A stretch of DNA of 64,000 nt from Deltaproteobacteria bacterium. GTDB lineage: Bacteria > Myxococcota > UBA727 > VGSZ01. The notes below the pieces were generated by a model, which made no database searches, had not been told where the DNA came from, and saw nothing but the letters and a program-made list of their open reading frames with translations. The stretch is from the NCBI GenBank assembly GCA_016177705.1, contig JACOUT010000002.1:213604-277603 (forward strand), given 5' to 3'. Below are positions 53,324 through 64,000 of this stretch, in pieces (position 1 is the first letter of the stretch; each line of letters starts with the position of its first letter). Made by a program: the position numbers and the translations under genes.

Positions 53324-54349
53324 TCATGGTTGCCCGCCCGCAATGCCCGGCGACGGCTCCGTACCGGTTGCCGGCGCTTGCGTCGCGACCATCACGACGG
53401 TGGCGGCCACCGGCACCAGCGGCCGCAGCAGCAGGCGCACGCCCGGCAGGTTGGTCGAGAGCTGCACGAGGGCGAGGCCGATCGCCTCCCACGGCGCGCG
53501 CGCGACGACGGCGGCCGGGCGGTGCAGCAGTCCCATCGGGCGCGCGATCGCCCGCACCCACAGGCGCGCCGGCCCGTAGAGCGCGGGGTGGCGCGCGCTG
53601 CCGGCCTCGACCCATCGCAACGGTGCCCACGCGGGCGCTCCCCCGTCACGCCAGGCGTGGCCCGTGCGGCCGATGGTGAGCACCGCCAGCCAATAGAGCG
53701 AGATGGCGAGCAGCGCGGCGTTGGGCAGTTGCGCGAGCGCCCACTGGGCGGCGAGCGCGACGGCGCGCAGCGCACCATCGTCGTGACGGGCGAGCCAGCG
53801 CGAGGGGCCGAGCACGATGGCACCCAGCAGCAGCACCGCCGGGGCGGCCGAGACGGCGAGCACGAGCGCGGCTTGCACGCGTCGCTGGAAGCCCTCGAAC
53901 ACCCAGCCGAGATCGAGGGACAAGCGCGGTCGCTCGACGATCTCGTCGGGCTCGACCCCGGCGGCGCGCGCGAGGCGCATGGAGATCTCGTCGTGGAACT
54001 GACGCGAGATCGCGATGACGATCCACTGTGTCACCACCACGGTCGCGTACAGCGTGAGCGCGAAGCGCGCGAAGCGGCGCCAGCTCGAGGTGACGCGGTG
54101 CAGGTCGCCGTCGAAGGCGAGCCAGCCGACCGCGGCCGCCAGCACGACGGCGAGCTGGATGCCGAGCACCCAAAGGTACCGGCGCCGCAGCGCGGGCTCG
54201 CGCCAAAGGACACGCGCCAGGCCGCCGACGACGGCCGCGCCCCACGCCACGCGCGCGAGCCGACCAGCGCCGTGCGACCGCTGCAAGCTGCCGGCGCGCA
54301 ACGCGGCGAGCGGCCCGGCAGGTGCGTCGACGACGGCGGCGCCCTTCAC
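53324..54349 (-). CDS. Hypothetical integral membrane protein
   Basis: Multiple hydrophobic helices; GTG start 2 nt after the gpmI stop. Confidence 0.6.
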   Translation of the reverse strand: MKGAAVVDAPAGPLAALRAGSLQRSHGAGRLARVAWGAAVVGGLARVLWREPALRRRYLWVLGIQLAVVLAAAVGWLAFDGDLHRVTSSWRRFARFALTLYATVVVTQWIVIAISRQFHDEISMRLARAAGVEPDEIVERPRLSLDLGWVFEGFQRRVQAALVLAVSAAPAVLLLGAIVLGPSRWLARHDDGALRAVALAAQWALAQLPNAALLAISLYWLAVLTIGRTGHAWRDGGAPAWAPLRWVEAGSARHPALYGPARLWVRAIARPMGLLHRPAAVVARAPWEAIGLALVQLSTNLPGVRLLLRPLVPVAATVVMVATQAPATGTEPSPGIAGGQP

Positions 54350-54351
54350 CG

Positions 54352-56007
<1,656 letters not shown>

Positions 56008-56073
56008 GGGCGCTCCTGATCCGGGGTTTGACCGGGATCCCCTTCGTACCTACCTTGCCCGGAGGAGGTTTGC

Positions 56074-56298
56074 ATGAGCGACGCGCCCTTCGCCCTGAAG
56101 ATCGAGGGCATGCACTGCGGCAACTGCGTCAAGCGGGTCATGACCGCGCTCGAGGCCGTCGAGGGCGTGACGGTCGACCAGGCGGAGGTAGGCCGCGTCA
56201 CCGGCTCCTTCGATCCCGACGACACGAACCCGCAGGCCCTCGCCGAAGCGGTGACGCGCGCCGGCTACCCGGCCACCGTCGACGGCGCAGCGAGCTAG
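56074..56298 (+). CDS. copZ: Copper chaperone (HMA domain)
   Basis: IEGMHCGNCV, AGY; GGAGGAGG ribosome-binding site. Confidence 0.88.
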   Translation: MSDAPFALKIEGMHCGNCVKRVMTALEAVEGVTVDQAEVGRVTGSFDPDDTNPQALAEAVTRAGYPATVDGAAS

Positions 56299-56301
56299 CA
56301 C

Positions 56302-58674
56302 ATGTCCGACGAGGGATCCGCCCTCGAGTCGGTCACGCTGCCGGTCGGCGGCATGACGTGCGCGTCCTGCGTCGCACACGTCGAGGGCGCGCTCAAAGAG
56401 AACCCGGGCGTCTCCGATGCCACCGTCAGCTTGATGACGCGCAGCGCGACCGTGAAATTCGCGCGCGCCGTGACCACCCCCGAGGCGCTCGTCGAGGCCG
56501 TGCGCAAGTCCGGCTACACGGCCGACTTGCCTCGGCGCGATCTGCTCGCCGCCCAGCGCGCCGACGACGCGGCGCACGCGCGCGAGGCGCGCTCGCTGGT
56601 GGTGCGCGCGCTGCTGCTGCTCGGCGGCATGGTGCTCACCATGTTCGCCTCCATGCCGCTCATGACCGCGCATGCCGGCCACGCGCAGGCCGACCCGTTG
56701 ATGGCGGCCTTCGCGCGCGCGCTCGATCCGCCGACGCGAGCCGCGCTGCCCTGGCTCTACCGCCTCGACACGCAGCTCCTTGGTGTTGCGCTGCTGGTAG
56801 CCAGCGTGGCGCTGGTCGCGGTGGGCGCGCGCACCGTGTTCCTGCGCGCGTGGTCGGCGGCCCGGCACAAGGGCACCGACATGAACACGCTGGTCGCGCT
56901 CGGCGCGCTCGCCGGCCTCGGCATGTCGGCGTTCTCCGTGCTCTTTCCCCACGTGCTCGTCGACAACGGGGCCGCGCCCGACGTGTATTTCGAGGGCGTG
57001 CTCGGCATCCTCGGCTTCGTGCTGCTCGGCCAGGGGCTCGAAGCGCGAGCGCGCAAACAGACCACGAGCGCGCTCGCCGCGCTCGCCTCGCTCGAGGCCA
57101 CGCGCGCGCGCATCGAGACCGAGGAGGGCGAGCGCGACCTCCCCATCGACGACCTGCGCCGCGAGGATCTGCTGGTCATCCGGCCGGGCGAGCGCGTGCC
57201 CGCCGACTCCACGGTGGAGGAGGGATCGAGCAGCGTCGACGAGGCCATGCTGACCGGCGAGAGCGCGCCGGTGAAGAAGGAGCGGGGCGCGCGCCTGGTG
57301 GGCGGCACGGTCAACGGCTCGGGCGTGCTCAAGGCGCGCGTCAGCGCGCTCGGTGACGACAGCGTGGTCGCCAAAATGGTGCGCCTGATGCGCGACGCGC
57401 AGGCGCGGCGCGCGCCCATCCAGCACCTCGCCGATCGCGTGAGCGCGATGTTCGTGCCCTCGGTGATGGTGCTGTCGGCGCTCACGCTGGCGGCGTGGCT
57501 CGTGTTCGGCGTGGGCGGCGCGCCCGGCGCGGTGCAGGCCGTGCACGCGGCCGTCGCGGTGCTGGTGGTGGCGTGCCCGTGTGCCATGGGCCTGGCGGTT
57601 CCGACCGCCGTGATGGTCGCGACCGGCGTGGCCGCGCGGCGCGGCGTGGTGCTGCGCGGCGGCGACGCCCTGCAGCGCGGCGCCGGCATCGACACCATCG
57701 TGTTCGACAAGACCGGCACCTTGACGGTCGGGCACCCCGTGCTGGTCGACGTCGTCGAGGCCGTGGACAGCGCCGTCGAGGACAGCGCCGTCGAGGACAT
57801 CGGCGCCACCGACGCCGCGCTCGCACTGGCGGCCGCCGTCGAGAAGAGCTCGGAGCACCCGCTGGCCCGCGCCCTGGTGGATGCGGCCGCGTCGCGCGCG
57901 CTCAAGCTGCCGCGCGCGAAGGAGGTGCGCGCGCTGCCGGGCGCCGGCGTCGAGGGCATGGTCGAGAAGCGGCCCGTGCAGGTGTTGAGCATTCGTGCTG
58001 CCACCCAGATCGCGCCGCTGCCCGAGCGTTTGCGTGAGGCGGCGGCGCGCCACGAGAGCACCGGCGCCACCTGCGTGGTGCTGATCGACAAAGGCGCACC
58101 GAGCGCCCTGTTCGCGCTCGCCGACGCGCTGCGGGACAGCGCCGCGCCCACGGTGGCGGCGCTGCGAGCCGCAGGGGTCGAGAGCGTGATGCTGACCGGC
58201 GATCGCCGCGCGGTGGCCGAGCACATCGCCAAGCGCGCGGGCATCGCGACTGTGCACGCCGAGACCCTGCCGGCCGACAAGGTCGAGGTGGTGCGCGCGC
58301 TCAAGGCGCAAGGCAAGAAGGTCGCGATGGTCGGCGACGGCGTCAACGACGCCGCCGCGCTTGCCGCCGCCGATCTTGGTGTGGCGCTCGCGAGCGGCAC
58401 CGACGTCGCGCGCGAGGCGAGCGACGTAACGCTGATGCGCCCCGACCTCGCCGCCATTCCCTCGGTGCTCGGCCTCTCGCGCGCGGCGCTCTCGACCATG
58501 AAGCGCAACCTGCTCTGGGCAGCGGGCTACAACGTGCTCGCCATCCCGGTCGCCATGGGGGTGCTGGTGCCGCTGGTCGGTGTGCCCATGAGCCCGGTGA
58601 TCGCGAGCCTAGCCATGGCCTTCTCGTCGGTCAGCGTGGTGCTCTCGAGCCTGTGGCTGGCGCGCTTCCGATAG
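56302..58674 (+). CDS. copA: Cu(I)-translocating P1B-type ATPase
   Basis: GMTCASC, TGES, CPC, DKTGT, SEHP, GDGVND, YN and MAFSS transmembrane ligands. Confidence 0.95.
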   Translation: MSDEGSALESVTLPVGGMTCASCVAHVEGALKENPGVSDATVSLMTRSATVKFARAVTTPEALVEAVRKSGYTADLPRRDLLAAQRADDAAHAREARSLVVRALLLLGGMVLTMFASMPLMTAHAGHAQADPLMAAFARALDPPTRAALPWLYRLDTQLLGVALLVASVALVAVGARTVFLRAWSAARHKGTDMNTLVALGALAGLGMSAFSVLFPHVLVDNGAAPDVYFEGVLGILGFVLLGQGLEARARKQTTSALAALASLEATRARIETEEGERDLPIDDLRREDLLVIRPGERVPADSTVEEGSSSVDEAMLTGESAPVKKERGARLVGGTVNGSGVLKARVSALGDDSVVAKMVRLMRDAQARRAPIQHLADRVSAMFVPSVMVLSALTLAAWLVFGVGGAPGAVQAVHAAVAVLVVACPCAMGLAVPTAVMVATGVAARRGVVLRGGDALQRGAGIDTIVFDKTGTLTVGHPVLVDVVEAVDSAVEDSAVEDIGATDAALALAAAVEKSSEHPLARALVDAAASRALKLPRAKEVRALPGAGVEGMVEKRPVQVLSIRAATQIAPLPERLREAAARHESTGATCVVLIDKGAPSALFALADALRDSAAPTVAALRAAGVESVMLTGDRRAVAEHIAKRAGIATVHAETLPADKVEVVRALKAQGKKVAMVGDGVNDAAALAAADLGVALASGTDVAREASDVTLMRPDLAAIPSVLGLSRAALSTMKRNLLWAAGYNVLAIPVAMGVLVPLVGVPMSPVIASLAMAFSSVSVVLSSLWLARFR

Positions 58675-58690
58675 CGGCGCACGCGACGCG

Positions 58691-59893
58691 CTACTCGAGC
58701 CGAGCGCCCGCCGCGATCCACGCACCCAGCTCCGCCCGCTCCGCCTCGGTCATCTGCGTCTTGTTGACGAACGGCATGGTGCTGGTCTTGACCGCGCGCT
58801 CCAAGATGCGAGGCGCCATCGCCTGGATCTGCGCCGCCGAGTCGAACACGACGTTGTTGGGCGCGACCTTGAACACGTCGTCGGTGGGGACGGCCGCGTG
58901 GCAGGAGGCGCACCGTTTGACGATGATTTCTTGCGCCCGCGCGAAGCCGACGGGGCCGCTCGCCTGGACCCGTGTCGCCGACACGCGCGTCAGTCCGACC
59001 AGCCCGCCGATGCCGACGGCGGCGGCCACCGCGGCGGGCAAAAGCCAACGCGCGCGCGGCAGTTCAGCGCCGGCGCCGAGGTAGCGCACGTTCATGAAGT
59101 GCCGCACACCGGCGCCGCCGAGCATCACCACGCAGAGGATCAGCCAGTTGAGCTGATGGCCGTAGGCGCTCGGGAAGTGGTTCGACAGCATGATGAACAG
59201 GAGCGGGTACGTCAGGTAGTTGTTGTGGATGCTGCGCTGCTTGGCGCGGATCGAGAACGACGGATCCTGGTCGCGCCCTTCCTTGGTGGCAGCCATCAGC
59301 TCGCGCTGCGACGGCACGATGACCATCCACACGTTGCCGGTCATGACCGTGCCGATGAGGACGCCGATCTCGATATAGGCGGCGCGGCCGCTGAATAGCT
59401 GTGAGAAGCCCCAGGCGGCACCGCAGAGGGCCGCAAAGGAGAGCGCCGCCGCGAGCGCAGGCATGCGCGCGCCGAGCAGCCGCCACACCAGGTCGTAGAC
59501 CAGCCATGCGACGACGAGGGCGCCGACCGAGATGGCGATGGCCACGGTGGGCGTGAGCGCGCGCACGCTCGGATCAACCAGGAAGGCGGCGCCGTTCAGG
59601 TAGTAGACCACCACCATCAGCGAGATGCCGGTCGCCCAGGTAGCGAAGTTCTGCCACTTGAACCAGTGCAGCGTCGCCGGCATCTCGCCCGGCTCGAGCA
59701 GCTTCTTCTCGACGTCGTAGAAGGCGCCCGAGTGGACCATGAAGATCTTGCCCTGCGAGAGACGCGGCAGCGACGCGCCCTTCTCCAGGTTGCGGTCCAA
59801 CCAGTTGAACAGCATCGAGTTGCCGATCCACATGATGCCGGCGATCAAGTGCGCCCAGCGAAACACCACGTCGAGCAACTCGGTGAGGCCCAA
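58691..59893 (-). CDS. puuD: Urate hydroxylase PuuD (membrane protein with cytochrome c)
   Basis: RWAHLIAGIMWIG, HWFKW, RSIHNNYLT.P, SNHFP, CASCH, MP; TTG start after TATACT. Confidence 0.85.
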   Translation of the reverse strand: MGLTELLDVVFRWAHLIAGIMWIGNSMLFNWLDRNLEKGASLPRLSQGKIFMVHSGAFYDVEKKLLEPGEMPATLHWFKWQNFATWATGISLMVVVYYLNGAAFLVDPSVRALTPTVAIAISVGALVVAWLVYDLVWRLLGARMPALAAALSFAALCGAAWGFSQLFSGRAAYIEIGVLIGTVMTGNVWMVIVPSQRELMAATKEGRDQDPSFSIRAKQRSIHNNYLTYPLLFIMLSNHFPSAYGHQLNWLILCVVMLGGAGVRHFMNVRYLGAGAELPRARWLLPAAVAAAVGIGGLVGLTRVSATRVQASGPVGFARAQEIIVKRCASCHAAVPTDDVFKVAPNNVVFDSAAQIQAMAPRILERAVKTSTMPFVNKTQMTEAERAELGAWIAAGARLE

Positions 59894-59945
59894 AGCGGCG
59901 GCAGTATAGGGCCGCCTGCCGCGCCCGCAAGGGTCGCCCTCGTGT

Positions 59946-60689
59946 TCAGCCGGACGGCGGCGCCGACGCGGGGTCGATGACCGGCGGCGGCGGCGGCACC
60001 GAGGCCGGCGGTGACGCGATCGGCGCTGCCGGCGCAACGGCGGGCGTCGAGGTCGCCGCCGCCTTGATGCGCTCCGTCAGATCCTTGTTGAACGCGCGCG
60101 TCGCCTTGCGGTAGTCGCCGGCCGCCAGCCCCGACGACAGCGGCACCGCCGTCAACTGGAACACGAACCCCACCGGCACGGCGAGCATGAGGCCGGCGAA
60201 GGCGCCGCTGATGGCGCCGTTCACCATCGCGTTGGCGTCGTCGCCGGTGAAGCCGTCGGCCGTACCCGCGAGCGCGCTGGCGGCGCCAGCCGCCGCCGCG
60301 ATGCCGACGGTGCCGGCGTAGATCATGCCGAGCGTGGTGGGCGCATGGGTGAAGCGGTCGAACGCGACGAAGCCCGTGTCGGCCGCCTCCTCGGCGGGCA
60401 GCGACGTCGCCACGTAGGCCTCGGCGTTCTCCGAATAGGCCGGGGTCGCGACCTGCGCCACGGTCTCGCCGATCTCGACGCCGACCTCGATCGGATCGAC
60501 CCCGGGCCGCCGGAACAACCCGTCCTTGAGCGCCAGCTCGTACTTGCGCTGGAGCGCCGCCTGCTTCTCGGTCGAGCCGTCGTTCACCAGATCGAGCTCG
60601 GTGGGGCCACGACCGATCGACAGGGTGCCGCAGCCGGCGAGCGGCGTGGTCAGGAGCGCGAGCATGCTGGCGAGGAGAAGGGCGCGCAT
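59946..60689 (-). CDS. Hypothetical lipoprotein with hydrophobic Gly/Ala segments
   Basis: MRALLLASMLALLTTPLAGC lipobox; GGAGG ribosome-binding site. Confidence 0.7.
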   Translation of the reverse strand: MRALLLASMLALLTTPLAGCGTLSIGRGPTELDLVNDGSTEKQAALQRKYELALKDGLFRRPGVDPIEVGVEIGETVAQVATPAYSENAEAYVATSLPAEEAADTGFVAFDRFTHAPTTLGMIYAGTVGIAAAAGAASALAGTADGFTGDDANAMVNGAISGAFAGLMLAVPVGFVFQLTAVPLSSGLAAGDYRKATRAFNKDLTERIKAAATSTPAVAPAAPIASPPASVPPPPPVIDPASAPPSG

Positions 60690-60798
60690 TTGACGAATCC
60701 TCCAAACGGCGTCTCGCGCGGGTGTGCGAGTCATCACCAGTGCGAGCGGCGCCGACACCAGGCAGACGTGCGCCACCTGGAACCGATTCAGGCCCGAT

Positions 60799-62382
60799 TC
60801 AGCGCCGCAGCACCTGGCCGAGCGCGCGCACGCCGAGCACGGCGCCTGCGGCCATCACGCCGCCGAGCAGCGCCCCGGCAACGCCGGCGGTGGCGACATC
60901 GGCGCCCGCGAGCAAGAGCCCCGGCAGCGGCGTCTGCGGCCGAAGCGGCGAGGTGTAGCGCGCAGGCCCATGGTCGATGCCGTACAGCTCACCGCGCGCG
61001 AAGCCGCCGAAGTGCGCGGCCGACAGCGGCGTCGACAACTCGGCGACGTCGACCTTGCCGCGCAACTGCGGCCGCTGCGCGTAGAGCGCTTCGAGGAGGC
61101 GGTCGGTGACGTGGCGCTTGTGCGCCTCGTAGTCGGCGCCGCGGTGGCGCCACCTCGTCCCCTGCCAACGCTCCGTCCACTGCCAGCGCGCCATGGTGAC
61201 GAGGTCGACGGTGGCGCGCCCAGGGTGGCGACGCGCGAAGTCGGGATCCTTCGCCGAGGGGAAGGAGGCGTAGACCACGGGGAACGGCGCCTCGGGGTCC
61301 TCGGTGTAGCGGCGCACGTTCTCGTCGTGTCGCTCGTCCGGGTAGAGCCAGAGGTTGGTGCCGGTGAGCCCGAGGTGCTCGTCGGTCTCGCGGAAACCGA
61401 GATAAAGGGCGTACCAGCTTATAGACGGAGTGGCGCGAGCGAGCGCTTCCTGCCAACGAGCCGGCAGCGAATCGCGCGGCACCAGGCGGCCGAAGGTGTT
61501 GTGCACGCCCGCGTCGCTGATGACGAGCGGCGCGCGCAGCTCCTCGCCGCTCGTAAGCACGACACCGACGGCGCGGCCGCGCTCGACCAGCACGCGGGCC
61601 ACCTCAGCGTTGACCGCGAGGTGGCCGCCCCGCTGCTCGATGACCGGCGCGAAGGCGCGGGCGATGCGCTCGGCGCCGCCCACGGGGTAGAAGGCCCCGC
61701 TAAGGTAGTGCGACACCAGCGCCGCGTGCATGGCGAAGCTCGACTGCGACGGCGGCAGGCCATAGTCGCCGTACTGTCCCGTGAGCACCGCGATCAGCTC
61801 TTCGTCCCTGGTCAGCTCGAGCAGCACCTCGCGCGTGGTGCGGGCGGCCAACGCCGGGAAGCCACGCAGCGCGACGCCACGCGCGAGCAGGTCGAGGCCG
61901 CGCGGTAGTGCGCGCGCGGCGAAGTGCATCGAGCTCTGCCGCGCGGTGGCGCGCACCAGCTCGACGTAACGCGCGATCGCGCCGGCCTCGCGCGGGAAGT
62001 AGCCGGTGAGGCGCTCGACGAAGCGGCTGCGTCCGGCCACCAGGTCGTAGCTGCGCGTACCGAGCACGACGCGGTCATAGACGTCGGGCAAGGGCGCCCA
62101 CTCGACGCTCCCGTCGCTGACCCGATCGAGCAGCGCGCGTACCGCGCCGCCCCTGCCGACCTGACCGACATAGTGGACGCCGACGTCCCAGTCATAGCCG
62201 GCGCGCGCGAAGCTGTGGCTGTAGCCGCCGATGCGGTAATGGCGCTCGAGCACCAGCACGCGCTGGTCGCCGAAGCGCGACAGCATGGCGGCGGCGCTGA
62301 GCCCGCCGATGCCCGAGCCGATCACGATGGCGTCGAAGGCACCGGCCGGCTTGCGTTGCTTCCAGGGGTGCCCGACCTGCAT
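60799..62382 (-). CDS. FAD-dependent oxidoreductase, phytoene dehydrogenase/retinol saturase family
   Basis: IVIGSGIGG, LERHYRIGG, WDVGVHY, YPVGG, FPSAKDP, STPLS, GELYG. Confidence 0.9.
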   Translation of the reverse strand: MQVGHPWKQRKPAGAFDAIVIGSGIGGLSAAAMLSRFGDQRVLVLERHYRIGGYSHSFARAGYDWDVGVHYVGQVGRGGAVRALLDRVSDGSVEWAPLPDVYDRVVLGTRSYDLVAGRSRFVERLTGYFPREAGAIARYVELVRATARQSSMHFAARALPRGLDLLARGVALRGFPALAARTTREVLLELTRDEELIAVLTGQYGDYGLPPSQSSFAMHAALVSHYLSGAFYPVGGAERIARAFAPVIEQRGGHLAVNAEVARVLVERGRAVGVVLTSGEELRAPLVISDAGVHNTFGRLVPRDSLPARWQEALARATPSISWYALYLGFRETDEHLGLTGTNLWLYPDERHDENVRRYTEDPEAPFPVVYASFPSAKDPDFARRHPGRATVDLVTMARWQWTERWQGTRWRHRGADYEAHKRHVTDRLLEALYAQRPQLRGKVDVAELSTPLSAAHFGGFARGELYGIDHGPARYTSPLRPQTPLPGLLLAGADVATAGVAGALLGGVMAAGAVLGVRALGQVLRR

Positions 62383-62437
62383 GTGCCTCCCTGTGCGCGT
62401 TGTCATGCCCGGCCCCGTCGAGCAACACTTGCGCGCC

Positions 62438-63661
62438 GTGCCCGCGACCTTCTTGATTGGCGCGCTCTGGGGCGACGAGGGCAAGGGCCGCGTCGCCGCC
62501 GCGCTCGCGCCCGGCTTCGCGCTCACGGTGCGTGCCACCGGCGGCGGCAACGCCAAACACACGGTGCTGGTCGACGGACAGGCGCTGGCGCTGCGGCACG
62601 TGCCCTGCGGCATCGTCGCCGGCGTCCCCGCGCTGCTCGGCCCCGGCATGTTGGTGCACCCGCTCGCGCTCGTGGAGGAGCTGGCGCTGCTCGATCGCAC
62701 GGGCATCGACGCCGGCCTGGTGCGCGTGTCGGCGGGCGCGACCGTGGTGCTGCCGGAGCACGTGGACGAGGACGTCGCGCGTGAGCGCATGCGTCCGCTC
62801 GGCACCACGAGGAGCGGCATCGGCCCGGCGCTCGTCGACAAGGCGCGCAGGGTCGCGCTGCGCATGCACGAGCTGACCGACGCGCAGCGCGTGCGGCACG
62901 CGCTGCAATCGCGGACCGTGCGCGCGCGCCCCAAGAGCGAGATCGAGCGACAGGTGCGCGCGCTGGTGCGGGCTGGCCGCGCGCTCGCGCCGCGCCTGGT
63001 CGACGGCGGAGCGTTGGTGCGCGCGGCGCTCGCCCGCGGCGACGACGTGCTGGTGGAGGGCGCGCAAGGCACCTTGCTCGACGTCGATCACGGCACCTGG
63101 CCGCACGTCACCGGCACGCACCCGACCGTCGGCGGGGCGATGGCCGCGCTCGGGCTGCCGGCGCGCGAGGTGGCCCGCGTCATCGGCGTCACGCGCGCGT
63201 ACGCCACGCGGCAGGGTGCCGGGTTGTTCCCCACCGAGGTGCACGGCCGCGAGGAGGGCGCGCTGCGTGCCGCCACTCGGGAGTATTCGGTGCGCATCGG
63301 CTGGCTCGACCTGCAAGCGCTGCGCTACGCCCACGTGCTGAACGGCTTCGACGAGCTGGCCGTGACAGGCCTTGATCGCCTGCGAGGCCTCGAGGTCGTG
63401 AAGCTGGGCGATGGTTGGCTCGACGCGCGCGGCCGCACGCTGACAACGCTGTCGACGGACGGGCCGATAGGCGCCCGTCTCTGCGAGCTGCCGGGCTTCC
63501 TCGACGACGTCACCAACGTGCGTAGCGCGCGCGGCATGCCGCCGGCCGCGCGCGGCTTCCTCGACTTCGTGGAACGATCGGTCGCAGTGCCGGTGCGGCG
63601 CTTCTCGGTCGCGCGTGCCGGGCGTCTTGCCACCCGCCGATCGTTGCTCGGCGCCCGCTGA
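62438..63661 (+). CDS. Adenylosuccinate synthetase-like protein (degenerate PurA paralog)
   Basis: WGDEGKG, GNAKHT, GTTRSGIGP, EGAQG.LLD.DHGT.P.VT, FPTE, GWLD; the GxTTGR loop is missing. Start could be ATG 62405. Confidence 0.8.
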   Translation: MPATFLIGALWGDEGKGRVAAALAPGFALTVRATGGGNAKHTVLVDGQALALRHVPCGIVAGVPALLGPGMLVHPLALVEELALLDRTGIDAGLVRVSAGATVVLPEHVDEDVARERMRPLGTTRSGIGPALVDKARRVALRMHELTDAQRVRHALQSRTVRARPKSEIERQVRALVRAGRALAPRLVDGGALVRAALARGDDVLVEGAQGTLLDVDHGTWPHVTGTHPTVGGAMAALGLPAREVARVIGVTRAYATRQGAGLFPTEVHGREEGALRAATREYSVRIGWLDLQALRYAHVLNGFDELAVTGLDRLRGLEVVKLGDGWLDARGRTLTTLSTDGPIGARLCELPGFLDDVTNVRSARGMPPAARGFLDFVERSVAVPVRRFSVARAGRLATRRSLLGAR

Positions 63662-63712
63662 TCGGAGAAACTGCGCCTCCGACCTCACGGTCGCAACCAA
63701 GGAGCTCGACCC

Positions 63713-64000
63713 ATGCCGCCCGTCACTACCAGGCCGCACAAGCCGCCCAAGGTCCCGCGCGCCCCGAGCCACGTCGGCAGCACGCGCAACAAGAACCTGT
63801 CCGCGCGCGGCATCAAGCTGCTCGAGAAGCTCGAGAAGCTCGGCGCCGACTACAGCCCCGGCGCCTTCAGCCTGACCTTCCAAGAGGTGAAGCACACCGG
63901 CCGCGGCGGCTGGATGAGCTCGCTCGTCGGCGTCAAAGCCGTGGACAAGCTCCAGCACGGCATCGAGGGCGGTCGCAAGATGCGCGTGTACCTGATGGTG
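63713..64000 (+). CDS. Hypothetical protein (partial, runs off window)
   Basis: AAGGAG ribosome-binding site; open frame MPPVTTRPHKPPKVPRAP... with typical codon bias to the window end. Confidence 0.7.
   Translation, partial: MPPVTTRPHKPPKVPRAPSHVGSTRNKNLSARGIKLLEKLEKLGADYSPGAFSLTFQEVKHTGRGGWMSSLVGVKAVDKLQHGIEGGRKMRVYLMV

Noticed and set aside
62438..63661. PurZ (Z-base synthesis)
   Set aside because: It keeps GDEGKG with Asp rather than the PurZ GSTGKG-type Ser, and there is no phage context.

Overview
Very high-GC bacterial chromosomal segment. The Cys-rich repeat surface proteins, MYXO-CTERM-like C-termini, poly-(Glu-Gly) linkers and Ser/Thr kinase-TPR-Cys-rich operon point to Myxococcota or a related deltaproteobacterium (inference). 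It holds about 50 protein genes. These include many secreted or lipoprotein hydrolases and hypotheticals, a Phd/VapC toxin-antitoxin pair with a clear promoter/operator, an orphan Dam-family methyltransferase, yebC, FDH alpha plus FocA, hisN, ppsA, ctaA, an ADP-dependent sugar kinase, Hsp20, TetR, acetyl-CoA hydrolase/transferase, Usp, GTP-PEPCK, an orphan histidine kinase, ackA, a plant-type iPGM, copZ-copA, puuD, a retinol-saturase-like oxidoreductase and a degenerate PurA paralog. I saw no rRNA, tRNA, CRISPR array, transposase or integrase. The most notable observations are: (1) two central-metabolism kinases (AckA, ADP-GK/PFK) with long low-complexity N-terminal leaders resembling those of two unknown proteins here (possible exported or targeted enzymes); (2) a PurA paralog that keeps the IMP-activating residues but has lost the aspartate-binding loop; (3) a compositionally distinct three-gene metalloprotease island with a C12 tract; (4) an in-frame hairpin insertion in a PLP enzyme; (5) a lipoprotein gene that seems to start at ATC; (6) a methyltransferase broken by an internal deletion; (7) frequent leaderless-type promoter geometry. 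All calls come from reading motifs by eye; no searches were run.
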